Assembly (NCBI GenBank): GCA_963806325.1
Contig: CAWDXL010000002.1
Location: 250 to 64,249 of the forward strand
DNA from: Candidatus Parcubacteria bacterium
GTDB lineage: Bacteria > Patescibacteriota > Minisyncoccia > Phycocordibacterales > JAKAEA01
DNA: 64,000 nucleotides
Direction of reading: 5' to 3'
Shown one piece after another: positions 25,823 to 35,625 of this stretch (positions are counted from its first letter, which is position 1; every line of letters begins with the position of its first letter). The notes under the pieces are model-generated. The model made no database searches. It was not told where the DNA came from and saw only the letters and a program-made list of their open reading frames with translations. A program made the translations under genes and the position numbers.

Positions 25823-27559
25823 ATGTGGTACCAGGCGACAAATCCATTGCACAGCGTTGTTTTATCTGCGGCAATAGCAGTCGTTCCTATTATAATTTTA
25901 TGCGTCCTTCTTCTAAGCCGGAAAGTGGCCGGACATATTGCAACGCTGTCTACGCTTTTCATTGGATATATCGTCGCCGTGACGGTGTATACGATGCCGG
26001 CTGGCTTGGCGGGCATGGCCGCATTTTACGGAGTGCTGAGCGGATTGTTTCCAATTGGCTGGATTGTAGTAAATGCAGTTTTTTTGTACAACATTAGCGT
26101 CAGAAGCGGCAGCTTTGAAATTGTGCGCGATAGTATTGAGTCCGTGACGACTGATCGCCGCATTCAAGCCCTGCTCATTGCCTTTTGTTTTGGAGCCTTT
26201 TTGGAGGGAGCTGCAGGCTTTGGAGCGCCAGTAGCGATTACTGCAGGAATGCTTGTGGGACTTGGTTTTGAGCCGCTCTATGCTGCTGGCATCTGCCTGA
26301 TTGCCAATACTGCCCCTGTGGCGTTTGGCGGCATCGGTATAGCTATTATTACCGCTGGCCATCTGACCAATATTGACCCCAATGCTCTAAGTACCATGAT
26401 TGCTCATCAGCTTCCGTTTGTTGCGCTGATTATTCCACTTTGGCTTGTGCTCATAGTGTCAGGGTGGAAGGGGGCCAAAGCAATCTGGCCGGCGATTTTA
26501 GTGACAGGTGGATCATATGCTGTGACCATGTTTTTGACGGCAAGCTATCTTGGACCGACGCTGCCAGATGTTGTTTCGGCAATCGTGTCGATACTCTGCC
26601 TTATTGGTTTTTTGAAAATCTGGCAGCCGCAAGAAATGTGGCGTTTTCCAAAGGAGCGCGCTGAAGCGGTTGTACAGCCAGTACGGCCTCAACATAGCCG
26701 CACTGAATTGATGCGTGCCTGGACCCCTTTTATCCTGCTCATTGTTTTTATAGGCAACTGGGGAATGACTGGTATTCAGCAAATCCTCGGGAAAGCCACC
26801 GTGCAAATTCCTTTTGGTATGCTGAACAACTCAATAATAAGCAATGGCGCACCGCTGCCGATTAGCTACTCTTTTGCGTGGCTTGGTGCAGCCGGCACCG
26901 CAATTCTTTTTGCTGCAATTTTGAGCTCGATTTTCCTCGGTCTTTCCTGGAAAGAATTTTTTCAGACTGCGTGGCAAACACTTAAAGAATTATTCAAACC
27001 GCTCGTTACCATCGGTTCAATCGTCAGTTTTGCCTATGTTGCCAATTATTCAGGAATGTCTGCAGCTATCGGCAATGCTCTCACTGTCACCGGCAGATTT
27101 TTCCCGTTTATTTCTCCTCTTCTCGGCTGGTTCGGCGTTTTTATCACCGGCAGCGATACATCCTCTAATGCGCTTTTTAGCACTATTCAATCTCAAACTG
27201 CCCGCTCGCTCGGCATTAATCCTGTGTTGAGTGTAGCTGCAAATAGTACCGGCGGTGTCGCGGCAAAAATGATTTCTCCGCAGAGCATTGCTGTGGCTAC
27301 TGCTGCCGCCAAGCTTCAAAATCAGGAGGGAACACTGTTTCGATTTACTATTCTTCACAGTATCGGTCTGGTGGCAATCATCTGTGCGATTACGTACATT
27401 CAAGCATATTATTTAAGATGGATGATTCCAAATGTGGCGCTGCCGGCAGCTACAGCTCTGTCTACCGGCCTTGGTATTGGAACAATCAGCATCATTGCTC
27501 TGTCAATTATTATAGTAGGTATTCTGGCGGTATCGTCGCACCGTTTTACACGGTCATAA
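25823..27559 (+). CDS. lctP: L-lactate permease family transporter
   Basis: About 578-aa polytopic membrane protein with an LctP-like N-terminus (WYQATNPLHSVVLSAAIAVVPI). The start at 25823 is preceded by GGAGG. Confidence 0.75.
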   Translation: MWYQATNPLHSVVLSAAIAVVPIIILCVLLLSRKVAGHIATLSTLFIGYIVAVTVYTMPAGLAGMAAFYGVLSGLFPIGWIVVNAVFLYNISVRSGSFEIVRDSIESVTTDRRIQALLIAFCFGAFLEGAAGFGAPVAITAGMLVGLGFEPLYAAGICLIANTAPVAFGGIGIAIITAGHLTNIDPNALSTMIAHQLPFVALIIPLWLVLIVSGWKGAKAIWPAILVTGGSYAVTMFLTASYLGPTLPDVVSAIVSILCLIGFLKIWQPQEMWRFPKERAEAVVQPVRPQHSRTELMRAWTPFILLIVFIGNWGMTGIQQILGKATVQIPFGMLNNSIISNGAPLPISYSFAWLGAAGTAILFAAILSSIFLGLSWKEFFQTAWQTLKELFKPLVTIGSIVSFAYVANYSGMSAAIGNALTVTGRFFPFISPLLGWFGVFITGSDTSSNALFSTIQSQTARSLGINPVLSVAANSTGGVAAKMISPQSIAVATAAAKLQNQEGTLFRFTILHSIGLVAIICAITYIQAYYLRWMIPNVALPAATALSTGLGIGTISIIALSIIIVGILAVSSHRFTRS

Positions 27560-27565
27560 TATTGC

Positions 27566-30181
27566 ATGCTTGTGGTATACTGGCTGTGTATGCCTGCAAA
27601 TATACAATTATTGCTGCACAAAAAATATGTTCAATATTTTTTTATCGGCGTGTCCATTATCAGTATCCTCTCTTTAAGCTGTGTTTCGCTGGCTCAAGCC
27701 ACCGCGCTTCCTCCGAAGTTTATCAAGCAGATTATTGCCCCGCCGGCCGTAGGCAAGATTGCATATTTTAGTCCCGAAAGTGTGGCATTTGATACATCGG
27801 GAAATATGTATGTTGGTGATGAAAGAAATAATATTGTTCAAAAATTTGATCCGTCCGGCAATTATGTCAGTCAATTTGGCGGATTTGGTTCTGGCGACGG
27901 CCAGCTCTGGTCACCTACGGCTGTTGCTATTTCCACCTCAACGGGTGACGTGTTTGTTGCCGACAACAGCAATAGCCGTTTTGAAGAATTTTCTCCTTCA
28001 GGCGCGTATATAAATCAATGGGATGTCTCCTATTACCCGGATTTTATGGCCATGTCGCCTCTTACGGGCATCATCTATGCTATTGATTATAGCGCCAGCG
28101 ATGGTTACTTTATCAATGAATATGACCAATCGGGCAACCTTGTAAATTCGTGGGGTGATACTAGTCAGTTTGGAGCGCCGTCAGGCATTGCTTTCGATAA
28201 TTCGGGCGATATATATATTACCGATGCCGGCAATTTGAATGTTCAGGAATTCTATCCGGACAATTCATTTGATCGCGTGATTACTTCAACTGATCCCAAC
28301 TTTGTCCCGTTTCAATCTCCACTTGGAATAGCTGTTGATAATTCAGGTAATGTATACGTCACCGATATAGATAAAATAAATATTCAGAAATTTGACAGCA
28401 ACGGAAACTATGTCGCCACATGGGGAACAATCGGATCCGGTCAGGGTCAATTTCAAGGGCCGATAGACGTTGCTATTGATAGTTCAAACAATGTATATGT
28501 TGTTGATAATACAAACAACAATATTCAGAAGTTTACCCCGTCAGGCGCTTTTGTTACCGAATGGGAAGACATGGGTACCGGTAATGGACAATTTGACAAC
28601 CCATCGGGCCTTGCTACTGATGCAACAGGCAATGTGTATGTCACTGACAGTGGCAATGATCGTGTTCAAAAGTTTGATAAAAATGGCGGCTACCTTTCTC
28701 AGTGGGGAACATTTGGAAGCAGTACCGGCCAATTTTTTGAACCAACAAGCATTGCTATCGATCCGCAGGGGAATGTCTATGTTGGCGATCATCAGCTTAG
28801 CACCGTCCAGGTTTTTGATTCCTCGGGCAATTATATGGCTCAAATCGGGACCTCAAATGACGATGGAAGCAATAGCGGTCCTGGCTCTTTGTATGACGTA
28901 ACCGGTGTGGCTTTTGCTACCTCTACCAATACCGTATACGTTAATGAATCAAATGCCTTGCCTCAAGAATTTGCGGGTCCCGCGAGCACCACCACAACTC
29001 CTTATTCGTTTATAAAATATTTTGCATCTACAGGAAGAGGTAATGGTCAGTTTAGGCACGGGGCCGTATCCCTTACAATATCTCCCGTGTCGGGTGACAT
29101 CTATGCGCTGGCCGGTGGTATTGTACAAGAATTTGATCAACATGATAATTACATAGCACAGTGGCCAATATCCGGTTCAGCCAATTCTATTATTGCCGGT
29201 TCAGACGGCAATATATACGGCATTGATTCCAATCACGGCATTATTGATGAGTATGATCCGTCCGGCAATCTTTTGACGTCGTGGGGTGCACAGGGTTTTG
29301 GTGATGGTCAATTTAGTCAACCGAACAGCATTGCTGTAAATCCAGATGGATATGTGTATGTTTCTGATTCAAGCAACAACCGCATCTCCGTCTTCTCCAA
29401 TGATTACACTCCTCCACTCGTAGCGGTCACAGCACCTACGGCATCAAGTACAGTTTCAGGCACTATCACCCTCACCGCATCATCCACTGATACCCAATCA
29501 GGTCTTGCAAGCATCCAGTTCCAGGTAGATGGAAACAATGTCGGTACTGTCGGCACGTCTTCTCCATACTCCATCTCATATGATGCATCAGGACTCTCGG
29601 CCGGTGCTCACGCTATCACCGCTATTGCTTATGATAATGTTGGCAACTATGCCACATCTTCAGCAGTTACTATTACGGTTGACACTTCCTCATCGGGTGG
29701 GGGAGGAGGTGCCAATGTCCCAGAAGTCCAAAGTAGCGGTGGAAACATTATTCAAAGTATTGCTCCTGTTTCTTCCGTTGTTGAATGTCCAGTTGGAGCG
29801 CGGTTCAATAGCGTAACTGGTGCTCGCTGTGCTTCATTTTCAATCGCCGGTTGCTCTTTGGGGTATGTATACAATATACTTACTGGGTCTCTCTGCCAAA
29901 AGATGGGCAATGCCAGTACCACGATGCCGACAGCTCTGCTCTTTACTCGCAATCTCGCTGTGGGTAGCAGGGGACAAAGCGTCCGTGCACTTCAAGTGTA
30001 TCTCAACGCTCACGGTTTCATAGTAGCTGCCACGGGTCATGGATCACCCGGGTTTGAAACCACTTATTTTGGTTTGGCCACGAAAAATGCCCTCATTAGA
30101 TTTCAGAAGTTTAATGGCATAAAGCCAGCCAATGGCCGCCTCGGGCCAGTTACCCGGTTATTTATTTCCAATAATCACTAA
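27566..30181 (+). CDS. secreted NHL-repeat protein with Ig-like segment and C-terminal peptidoglycan-binding domain
   Basis: Signal peptide ...SLSCVSLAQA, at least 10 repeats of the GNVYVTDxxNNxIQKF type, and a C-terminus SRGQSVRALQVYLNAHGF...FGLATKNALIRFQKFNG (PG_binding_1-like). Confidence 0.8.
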   Translation: MLVVYWLCMPANIQLLLHKKYVQYFFIGVSIISILSLSCVSLAQATALPPKFIKQIIAPPAVGKIAYFSPESVAFDTSGNMYVGDERNNIVQKFDPSGNYVSQFGGFGSGDGQLWSPTAVAISTSTGDVFVADNSNSRFEEFSPSGAYINQWDVSYYPDFMAMSPLTGIIYAIDYSASDGYFINEYDQSGNLVNSWGDTSQFGAPSGIAFDNSGDIYITDAGNLNVQEFYPDNSFDRVITSTDPNFVPFQSPLGIAVDNSGNVYVTDIDKINIQKFDSNGNYVATWGTIGSGQGQFQGPIDVAIDSSNNVYVVDNTNNNIQKFTPSGAFVTEWEDMGTGNGQFDNPSGLATDATGNVYVTDSGNDRVQKFDKNGGYLSQWGTFGSSTGQFFEPTSIAIDPQGNVYVGDHQLSTVQVFDSSGNYMAQIGTSNDDGSNSGPGSLYDVTGVAFATSTNTVYVNESNALPQEFAGPASTTTTPYSFIKYFASTGRGNGQFRHGAVSLTISPVSGDIYALAGGIVQEFDQHDNYIAQWPISGSANSIIAGSDGNIYGIDSNHGIIDEYDPSGNLLTSWGAQGFGDGQFSQPNSIAVNPDGYVYVSDSSNNRISVFSNDYTPPLVAVTAPTASSTVSGTITLTASSTDTQSGLASIQFQVDGNNVGTVGTSSPYSISYDASGLSAGAHAITAIAYDNVGNYATSSAVTITVDTSSSGGGGGANVPEVQSSGGNIIQSIAPVSSVVECPVGARFNSVTGARCASFSIAGCSLGYVYNILTGSLCQKMGNASTTMPTALLFTRNLAVGSRGQSVRALQVYLNAHGFIVAATGHGSPGFETTYFGLATKNALIRFQKFNGIKPANGRLGPVTRLFISNNH

Positions 30182-30190
30182 TTTTTTATC

Positions 30191-30616
30191 ATGAAAATCA
30201 ACAACTATATATCAAGTTTTGCTATAGCAGCACTTCTCTTTATTTCTTCACCGGTAGTAGCCGCCACAAAGTCTTCACAGACAGCGTTGATTGGTGTGGT
30301 TTCAAATATTACCGCGACAACATGTACACTCACAACGCTCAGGTCTCCTATTGCTGCATATACAGTTGATATTTCTGGTGCTCGCGTTATCAATTTCCCT
30401 GTTCGTCGAAAATCTTCAGCATTGCCTGTACAAGCTGGAGATTTGGTAATCGTACATGGAATTCTTTCAGCAAGTACTACTCTTGACGTTTCCTTTATGC
30501 TTGATCGCGGTGCATATCATGCTCCGCATGTGAAGCTTAAGCCAACAGTGGCCGGAATTGCTTCCACAACAATAGATGCAGCAACCTCTACAGCATCAAC
30601 AACCGCCGGATTGTAA
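30191..30616 (+). CDS. hypothetical secreted protein (141 aa)
   Basis: N-terminal signal-like helix AIAALLFISSPVVAA. No other motif. Confidence 0.5.
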   Translation: MKINNYISSFAIAALLFISSPVVAATKSSQTALIGVVSNITATTCTLTTLRSPIAAYTVDISGARVINFPVRRKSSALPVQAGDLVIVHGILSASTTLDVSFMLDRGAYHAPHVKLKPTVAGIASTTIDAATSTASTTAGL

Positions 30617-30731
30617 CCGTGTAGGATATAAAAAGGAGCTACATATTTTTTTGCTTTACAATACTTTTTTTAGTGATATACCTACGGTAGAATTACAACA
30701 ATAAACCCGTTCTTTTTACCGGAGGATTGGT

Positions 30732-31103
30732 ATGAAGTATTTTCTTGCGATAGCTCTACTGCTCGTTTCTTTCGGTTGCGAAGTCTCCTATCATCCGTTC
30801 GGAAATGAGGTATACGCCGCTCCCGACGGCCAGTATTACGCGGTGTATGACGATGAAGGCTATCCCTTCTACTATCTGTATTGTAGCGGAGGGATATATT
30901 ATGGGGTTGAAGAGGGCTGGTCCTATTGGCCAGGACATGGACACTTTTATCACGGATACAGAAGTTCGTATGGGCATTGGGGATACCGCGGGCAAGGTCA
31001 TTTCGGTGGGAATGGTCCGCACTACGACAACAGGAATGGCGGAGGGGGAAATAGGAGCAGTGGAAATCATTCAGGCGGCGGTCGTGGAAGCGGTCGTCGC
31101 TGA
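30732..31103 (+). CDS. putative lipoprotein, Tyr/Gly/His-rich low-complexity tail
   Basis: Lipobox-like LLVSFGC, then YYAVYDDEGYPFYYLYCSGGIYYG and GHGHFYHGYRSSYGHWGYRGQGHFGGNG...GGGRGSGRR. Confidence 0.55.
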   Translation: MKYFLAIALLLVSFGCEVSYHPFGNEVYAAPDGQYYAVYDDEGYPFYYLYCSGGIYYGVEEGWSYWPGHGHFYHGYRSSYGHWGYRGQGHFGGNGPHYDNRNGGGGNRSSGNHSGGGRGSGRR

Positions 31104-31296
31104 AAATAGGAAGGAAGAATATTATTGGCCGCTTCTTCGGAGGCGGCCAATTTTCAATGGCGAGATATGAAACTGAATCGGTTATGCAATTAAATTAAAT
31201 AACACACATACATAAGTGATATGGAAAGATAATGCGTGTATGTGCGTCTGTACTTGGCCAAAGGTCGATATAACAGTTTTTAACACATCAAAAAAC

Positions 31297-31491
31297 ATGA
31301 GAGTATTTGTATGTTCGTGCAGCCATATTATCAGCGGGAGAGATGATATGGAAATTATGAGAAAAGCAAGCGACCACATCAAGCTTGTTCATCCTAGTAA
31401 TTATGAAGAAATGCTTGAAGTGTTGTCCCCATATCAAATACGAGAATGGATGAAGATGCATATGATTACAAGAAAGACTGCACTATCTTGA
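31297..31491 (+). CDS. small protein, possibly DUF1059-like
   Basis: MRVFVCSCSHIISGRDDMEIMRKASDHIKLVHP resembles the DUF1059 pattern (MxxFxCxC...EIxxKAxxHxKxVH). The internal Met of ORF 31216-31491 is preferred as start. Confidence 0.35.
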   Translation: MRVFVCSCSHIISGRDDMEIMRKASDHIKLVHPSNYEEMLEVLSPYQIREWMKMHMITRKTALS

Positions 31492-31549
31492 TTTACGAGC
31501 TGATTATTACTAATACTGCAATAGCTTAAAAATGAATTCTGGCTGAAAA

Positions 31550-31578
31550 AATAGCGCTATAAGGATGGCGCTATTTTT
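31550..31578 (+). terminator. candidate terminator
   Basis: AATAGCGC-tataaggatg-GCGCTATT followed by TTT and preceded by an A-run, so possibly bidirectional. Confidence 0.5.
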
Positions 31579-31590
31579 GTAATTCAAAAT

Positions 31591-31631
31591 AAAAAAAGAA
31601 AAGCTCGCGGCGCACAAAATGCGACGCGAGC
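31591..31631 (-). terminator. rho-independent terminator of the 31673-32776 gene
   Basis: GCTCGCG...CGCGAGC stem, followed on the minus strand by TTTTCTTTTTTT. Confidence 0.6.
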
Positions 31632-31672
31632 TGAGAGGGAACACGGATGAGTCCTTAATACGAGGCGGTAGA

Positions 31673-32776
31673 CTACCGATAAATTGTCAGCACCCGAATT
31701 GTGCCAGCGCCCGGCACGTTGTCCGCGGCACTTCCCCAAATTTGGGTCAAGGTCTCAAGCTCCAGGTGAAATGTTGTGGTGTCGGCGGGGTTGATTTCGA
31801 CAGTGAGTGCAATGCTTCCATTGGCAACTGTGCCATGGAGTGCATATGCTGGGCCGAGGGTGCGGCTCGACAGGCCTGGCAATTCATACTCGCTCGTGCC
31901 CGTGATGGCGCCGGTCGAAGGATCTTCGGTGAGATTGAGCTGAATGATCGATCCTGTGCTCGGATCGCCATTGTTGATGACCACTCCGTTCCAGATACCG
32001 GAGACGTCGAACGTGAAGACGGGAGCGGGCTGTGGCACGGTTATGACAGGCGGCAGATCTTGCTGTCTCGTGATAAACATGCCGCTCACAGAATTGTGAA
32101 TCGACACCGAGTAGATGCGATTGGTCGGGCTTGTTGCAACGATGTCGTTGCTGTCGATGATGCTGCCATCAATCGGGTTGATACCGACACCGAATGTGCA
32201 TGACACCATTTCGCCGCCGATAATCACATGCCGGATGTAGCTCGGGGATGCAGAATCGGCGGCGCTGCCGGTACCTCCAAACTGATTGTCAGAGCCGAGG
32301 CTGGTACCGACCAGGAATGTCGAGCTGACCGCATTTCCGCGGATATGGAGGGTAGTAAGGGTACCGCTGCAGACAAATATTGCTCCTGACGCGCTGTTTA
32401 CCGTGACTGTTCCCACGCTCCCGTTGATGACCGACAGACCGGAAGCAAAGCTTGCATTACCCTGGATCGCTCCAATGGGGCCGGTAGTAACAATACCGTC
32501 GATTTGTGCCGGCTTGCCGTGGCCTTGGACGGTGAGTACGGAGTGGACGGTTGTCCCAGTCAAAGCGAGGTCTATCCCACCATTTGCATCTGGCATCAAT
32601 GTTCCAGAACCTCCTCCCCGGAGGGAAACGGTGTCAGAGACACCGTTGGACTGGATATACGAGCCCGGATAATTGCGACCGGCGATCGTGCCGAATGGAA
32701 CGACGGTTCCGTTCATCAATGTGCGCGTTTCCAGCGCCTCACACACAACAGGACGAACACGACGATTTTTCCGCAT
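31673..32776 (-). CDS. hypothetical secreted protein, GC-rich, Gly/Thr/Ser/Val-rich beta-type sequence
   Basis: Start ATG 32776 is preceded by AAGGAG. The N-terminus MRKNRRVRPVVCEALETRTLMNG carries an R-rich...LExRxL motif. No catalytic motif seen. Confidence 0.65.
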   Translation of the reverse strand: MRKNRRVRPVVCEALETRTLMNGTVVPFGTIAGRNYPGSYIQSNGVSDTVSLRGGGSGTLMPDANGGIDLALTGTTVHSVLTVQGHGKPAQIDGIVTTGPIGAIQGNASFASGLSVINGSVGTVTVNSASGAIFVCSGTLTTLHIRGNAVSSTFLVGTSLGSDNQFGGTGSAADSASPSYIRHVIIGGEMVSCTFGVGINPIDGSIIDSNDIVATSPTNRIYSVSIHNSVSGMFITRQQDLPPVITVPQPAPVFTFDVSGIWNGVVINNGDPSTGSIIQLNLTEDPSTGAITGTSEYELPGLSSRTLGPAYALHGTVANGSIALTVEINPADTTTFHLELETLTQIWGSAADNVPGAGTIRVLTIYR

Positions 32777-32886
32777 GACAGACTCCTTGTGAAAGGGGGT
32801 TGGTACTTTTTCTGAAGGAAAGGTAATCATGTTTATCAATAAAAGTCAAGCTGTAATTATATGACTTTGCCGTCGTCTGGGTATCA

Positions 32887-33351
32887 ATGAGTTATTCCAC
32901 GACCAAAACGCTTGGTATTTTTAATTTCAGAAAAGAAGCGTTTGTTCAAGTGATGAAGTTTATCCTGACAGGTGCTGCCAACACCGCTATCGATTTCATT
33001 ATTCTCAATATTCTCCTTTTTCTGTTCGGGGTTACTTCAGTGAAATACGCGATATTTAAAACGATCGCTTTTCTTCTGGCATTAACTAACAGTTATTTTT
33101 TAAATAAATATTGGGTATTTGAGAAAAGGGTAAACAAAAACTCTATACTCAGGGAACGTCTTTCTTTTGTGGGTTTAAGCACTGCAAGTTTGCTGCTAAA
33201 TTCGGCCGTGTCTTCGTGGGTATTTGCCGTTTTAGGTCGCACTCCTGACATGTTTTCTCCAATCGTTGCCGCAAATGCAGGAGCAGTAGCGGGTGTTGTG
33301 GTCGTATTTATTTTAAATTTTGTGTTCTATAAGTTCATAGTTTTTGCTTAA
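32887..33351 (+). CDS. GtrA-family membrane protein (lipid-linked sugar translocation)
   Basis: FILTGAANTAIDFIILNILL...NSYFLNKYWVF pattern with four TM segments. Confidence 0.75.
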   Translation: MSYSTTKTLGIFNFRKEAFVQVMKFILTGAANTAIDFIILNILLFLFGVTSVKYAIFKTIAFLLALTNSYFLNKYWVFEKRVNKNSILRERLSFVGLSTASLLLNSAVSSWVFAVLGRTPDMFSPIVAANAGAVAGVVVVFILNFVFYKFIVFA

Positions 33352-33386
33352 AGTGTTTGCATGTCTTACAAGCCTAATATCTGCAC

Positions 33387-34412
33387 ATGTCTATGAACCC
33401 ACGTACCATTTCAGTTGTCATTCCGGCATATAACGAGGAGAAACGTCTAGGGCAAACGCTTGAATCGCTGCGATGCTATTTTGCATCGCATGCATTTTTG
33501 CCCGAGGTAATTATTGTAGATGATGGATCCATAGATGATACGGTTGGTGTAGTGCGGCGCTATCAGCAGGCCATGCCGTTTCTTAAGCTCGTGGAGCTTC
33601 AAGAAAATCATGGCAAAGGTTATGCGGTCCGTATGGGTATGCGCGAGGCTCAGGGTGAATATCGTTTGTTCATGGACGCCGACAACTCTGTTGATATTTC
33701 CAATCTTGATACATTTTTGCCCTACGCTCAAAATCATGTTGCTGACGTGATTATTGCATCCATAGAAGTCGGAAATGTGACGGCGCGTGAACATAACGGC
33801 ATGTATCGGCGCGCCCTAAGCCGCCTTTCAAAACTTCCGGTGAGGCTTTTTATTACATCAGAAGTAAAAGACACGCAGCGCGGATTTAAACTATTTACGA
33901 AGCAGGCGGCCGAAAGTATTTTTAGCCGTCAAACGATCGACCGATTCGGTTTCGATATTGAAATCGTCGCTATCACGCTTGCTCACAGATTTTCTATTAA
34001 GGAAGTGCCAGTAGAATGGGATAATCCTGAAGGTTCAACAGTTACGATCGGTTCGTATTTTACAACGCTCTACGAGCTGGCTAAAATCGTCTTAAACAAA
34101 GCGACCGGCGCATATGATGTAATCCCGTTTAATACAGAGAAGGAGGCGTATAAAGGCAGGGGATTTACATATAAAAACAAAGAATTTATTCATCACAGCA
34201 GCCTTCCTCATGAAGACACTGCTTTTTGGGTTGCGCTGTATTATCAAAAAATAATTATTGTTGCTGCGGCGCTTGTAATCGGCATATGTCTCATTGCACA
34301 TTGGCATGCGACACTTGTTGTGCTTTTTTCCGTTCTAACGATTTATATTTTCTCGATCTGCTTTTTGGGGGATTCATTATTTATAAGAGCCTCAAAAATA
34401 CTCCGGAGATAA
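33387..34412 (+). CDS. family 2 glycosyltransferase (polyprenyl-phosphate sugar synthase, GtrB/CsbB-like) running into the N-terminal TM part of the next, decayed GT2
   Basis: ISVVIPAYNEE...IIVDDGSIDDT...DADN motifs in the first roughly 230 aa. The distal roughly 100 aa are hydrophobic and continue in another frame at about 34380. Confidence 0.75.
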   Translation: MSMNPRTISVVIPAYNEEKRLGQTLESLRCYFASHAFLPEVIIVDDGSIDDTVGVVRRYQQAMPFLKLVELQENHGKGYAVRMGMREAQGEYRLFMDADNSVDISNLDTFLPYAQNHVADVIIASIEVGNVTAREHNGMYRRALSRLSKLPVRLFITSEVKDTQRGFKLFTKQAAESIFSRQTIDRFGFDIEIVAITLAHRFSIKEVPVEWDNPEGSTVTIGSYFTTLYELAKIVLNKATGAYDVIPFNTEKEAYKGRGFTYKNKEFIHHSSLPHEDTAFWVALYYQKIIIVAAALVIGICLIAHWHATLVVLFSVLTIYIFSICFLGDSLFIRASKILRR

Positions 34413-35606
34413 ATGTTTTAAAGGAAGAGCTTGTTGCTCTCCGCGATAATGATATGCCTATGTACACCATCTTCTGCCCGCTCTATAAGGAATGGCAGGT
34501 AGTGCCGCAATTTATCAAGGCAATGTCAAACCTCGATTATCCAAAAGAAAAACTGCAAATACTCTTTCTTCTCGAGGAAAATGATGCAGAGACTATTGAA
34601 AAAATAAGAGAGAAGCGCATGTGCCGCCGCACTTTGAAATAGTTATTGTGCCTCATTCATTTCCAAAAACGAAACCAAAGGCGATGAATTATGGGCTTCA
34701 ATATGTGCGCGGGAAATATCTAGTTAGTCATCGATAGTGGAAGATATTCCAGATCCCGATCAGCTCAAAAAAGCCGTCATTGCTTTTACAAAAGTGCCTG
34801 CCGCTAGACAGCTTGTATCAGGCAAAGTTGAATTTTTATAACGCGCCGCAAAATACTCTCACGCGCATGTTCACGAGTCGGAATATTCATTCTGGTTTCA
34901 TCTTCGTCTTCCGGGACTTCAAGTCGTTTGGTGCGCCGATTCCGCTCGGAGAACACAATCCAATCATTTTATTGTATCGTGCCTGCGTGAACTTTCCGGA
35001 TGGGACGCTTTTAATGTGACCGAAGATTGTGATCTCGGTATCCGTATTTCCAAGCACGGATTTAAAACTGCCATTGTTAAATCAACTACATATGAGGAAG
35101 CAAACTCCCGTATGAAAAATTGGTACAACCAGCGCAGCCGGTGGGTGAAAGGCTATATTCAGACCTATCTCGTCCATAATCGCCGGACGAATGATTTTTT
35201 TGAACATAACACGGCAAAAGTTTTTTTCTCTTTCCAGATCATTGTTGGAGGCAAAATACTGTCTCTATTTATAAATCCTCTGATGTGGATCATTACTATC
35301 TGTTATTTTTTATTTCGGGCTCATGTAGGCATCTTCATTCAATCGTTGTTTCCGCTGCCGATTCTTTACATCGGCGCAGTTTCATTCGTGCTGGGCAATT
35401 TCATGTATCTCTATTATTATATGGCCGCGTGTATCAAGCGTGGACACGACAGTTTTGTAAAATATATTTTTCTGGTGCCGTTTTATTGGCTTGGTATGAG
35501 TGCGGCGGCATGGAAAGCTGTATACGAAATTGTCGTAAAGCCCCACTACTGGTCGAAAACAGTTCACGGGCTTCATCTCCTGCCGGCAAAAAAGATTCCG
35601 GCATAA
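34226..35606 (+). pseudogene. processive family 2 glycosyltransferase broken into at least 4 frames
   Basis: Fragments: MPMYTIFCPLYKEWQV...LLEENDAETIEKIRE; HSFPKTKPKAMNYGLQYVRGKYLV; EDIPDPDQLKKAV; TEDCDLGIRISKHG...QRSRWVKG (QxxRW). They lie in different frames, separated by stops. Confidence 0.75.
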
Positions 35607-35625
35607 TCATGTAATTGTTCCCCCC

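Noticed and set aside
27566-30181. Diversity-generating retroelement target or template-variable repeat pair within the repetitive NHL gene
   Set aside because: The internal repeats are diverged protein-level NHL blades, not a near-identical TR/VR pair with adenine-specific differences. No reverse transcriptase is present in the window.
31619-32203. 194-aa ORF on the plus strand, and other overlapping ORFs between 31.6 and 32.8 kb
   Set aside because: These are shadow frames of the GC-rich minus-strand gene 31673-32776, which alone has an RBS, a signal-type N-terminus and a terminator.
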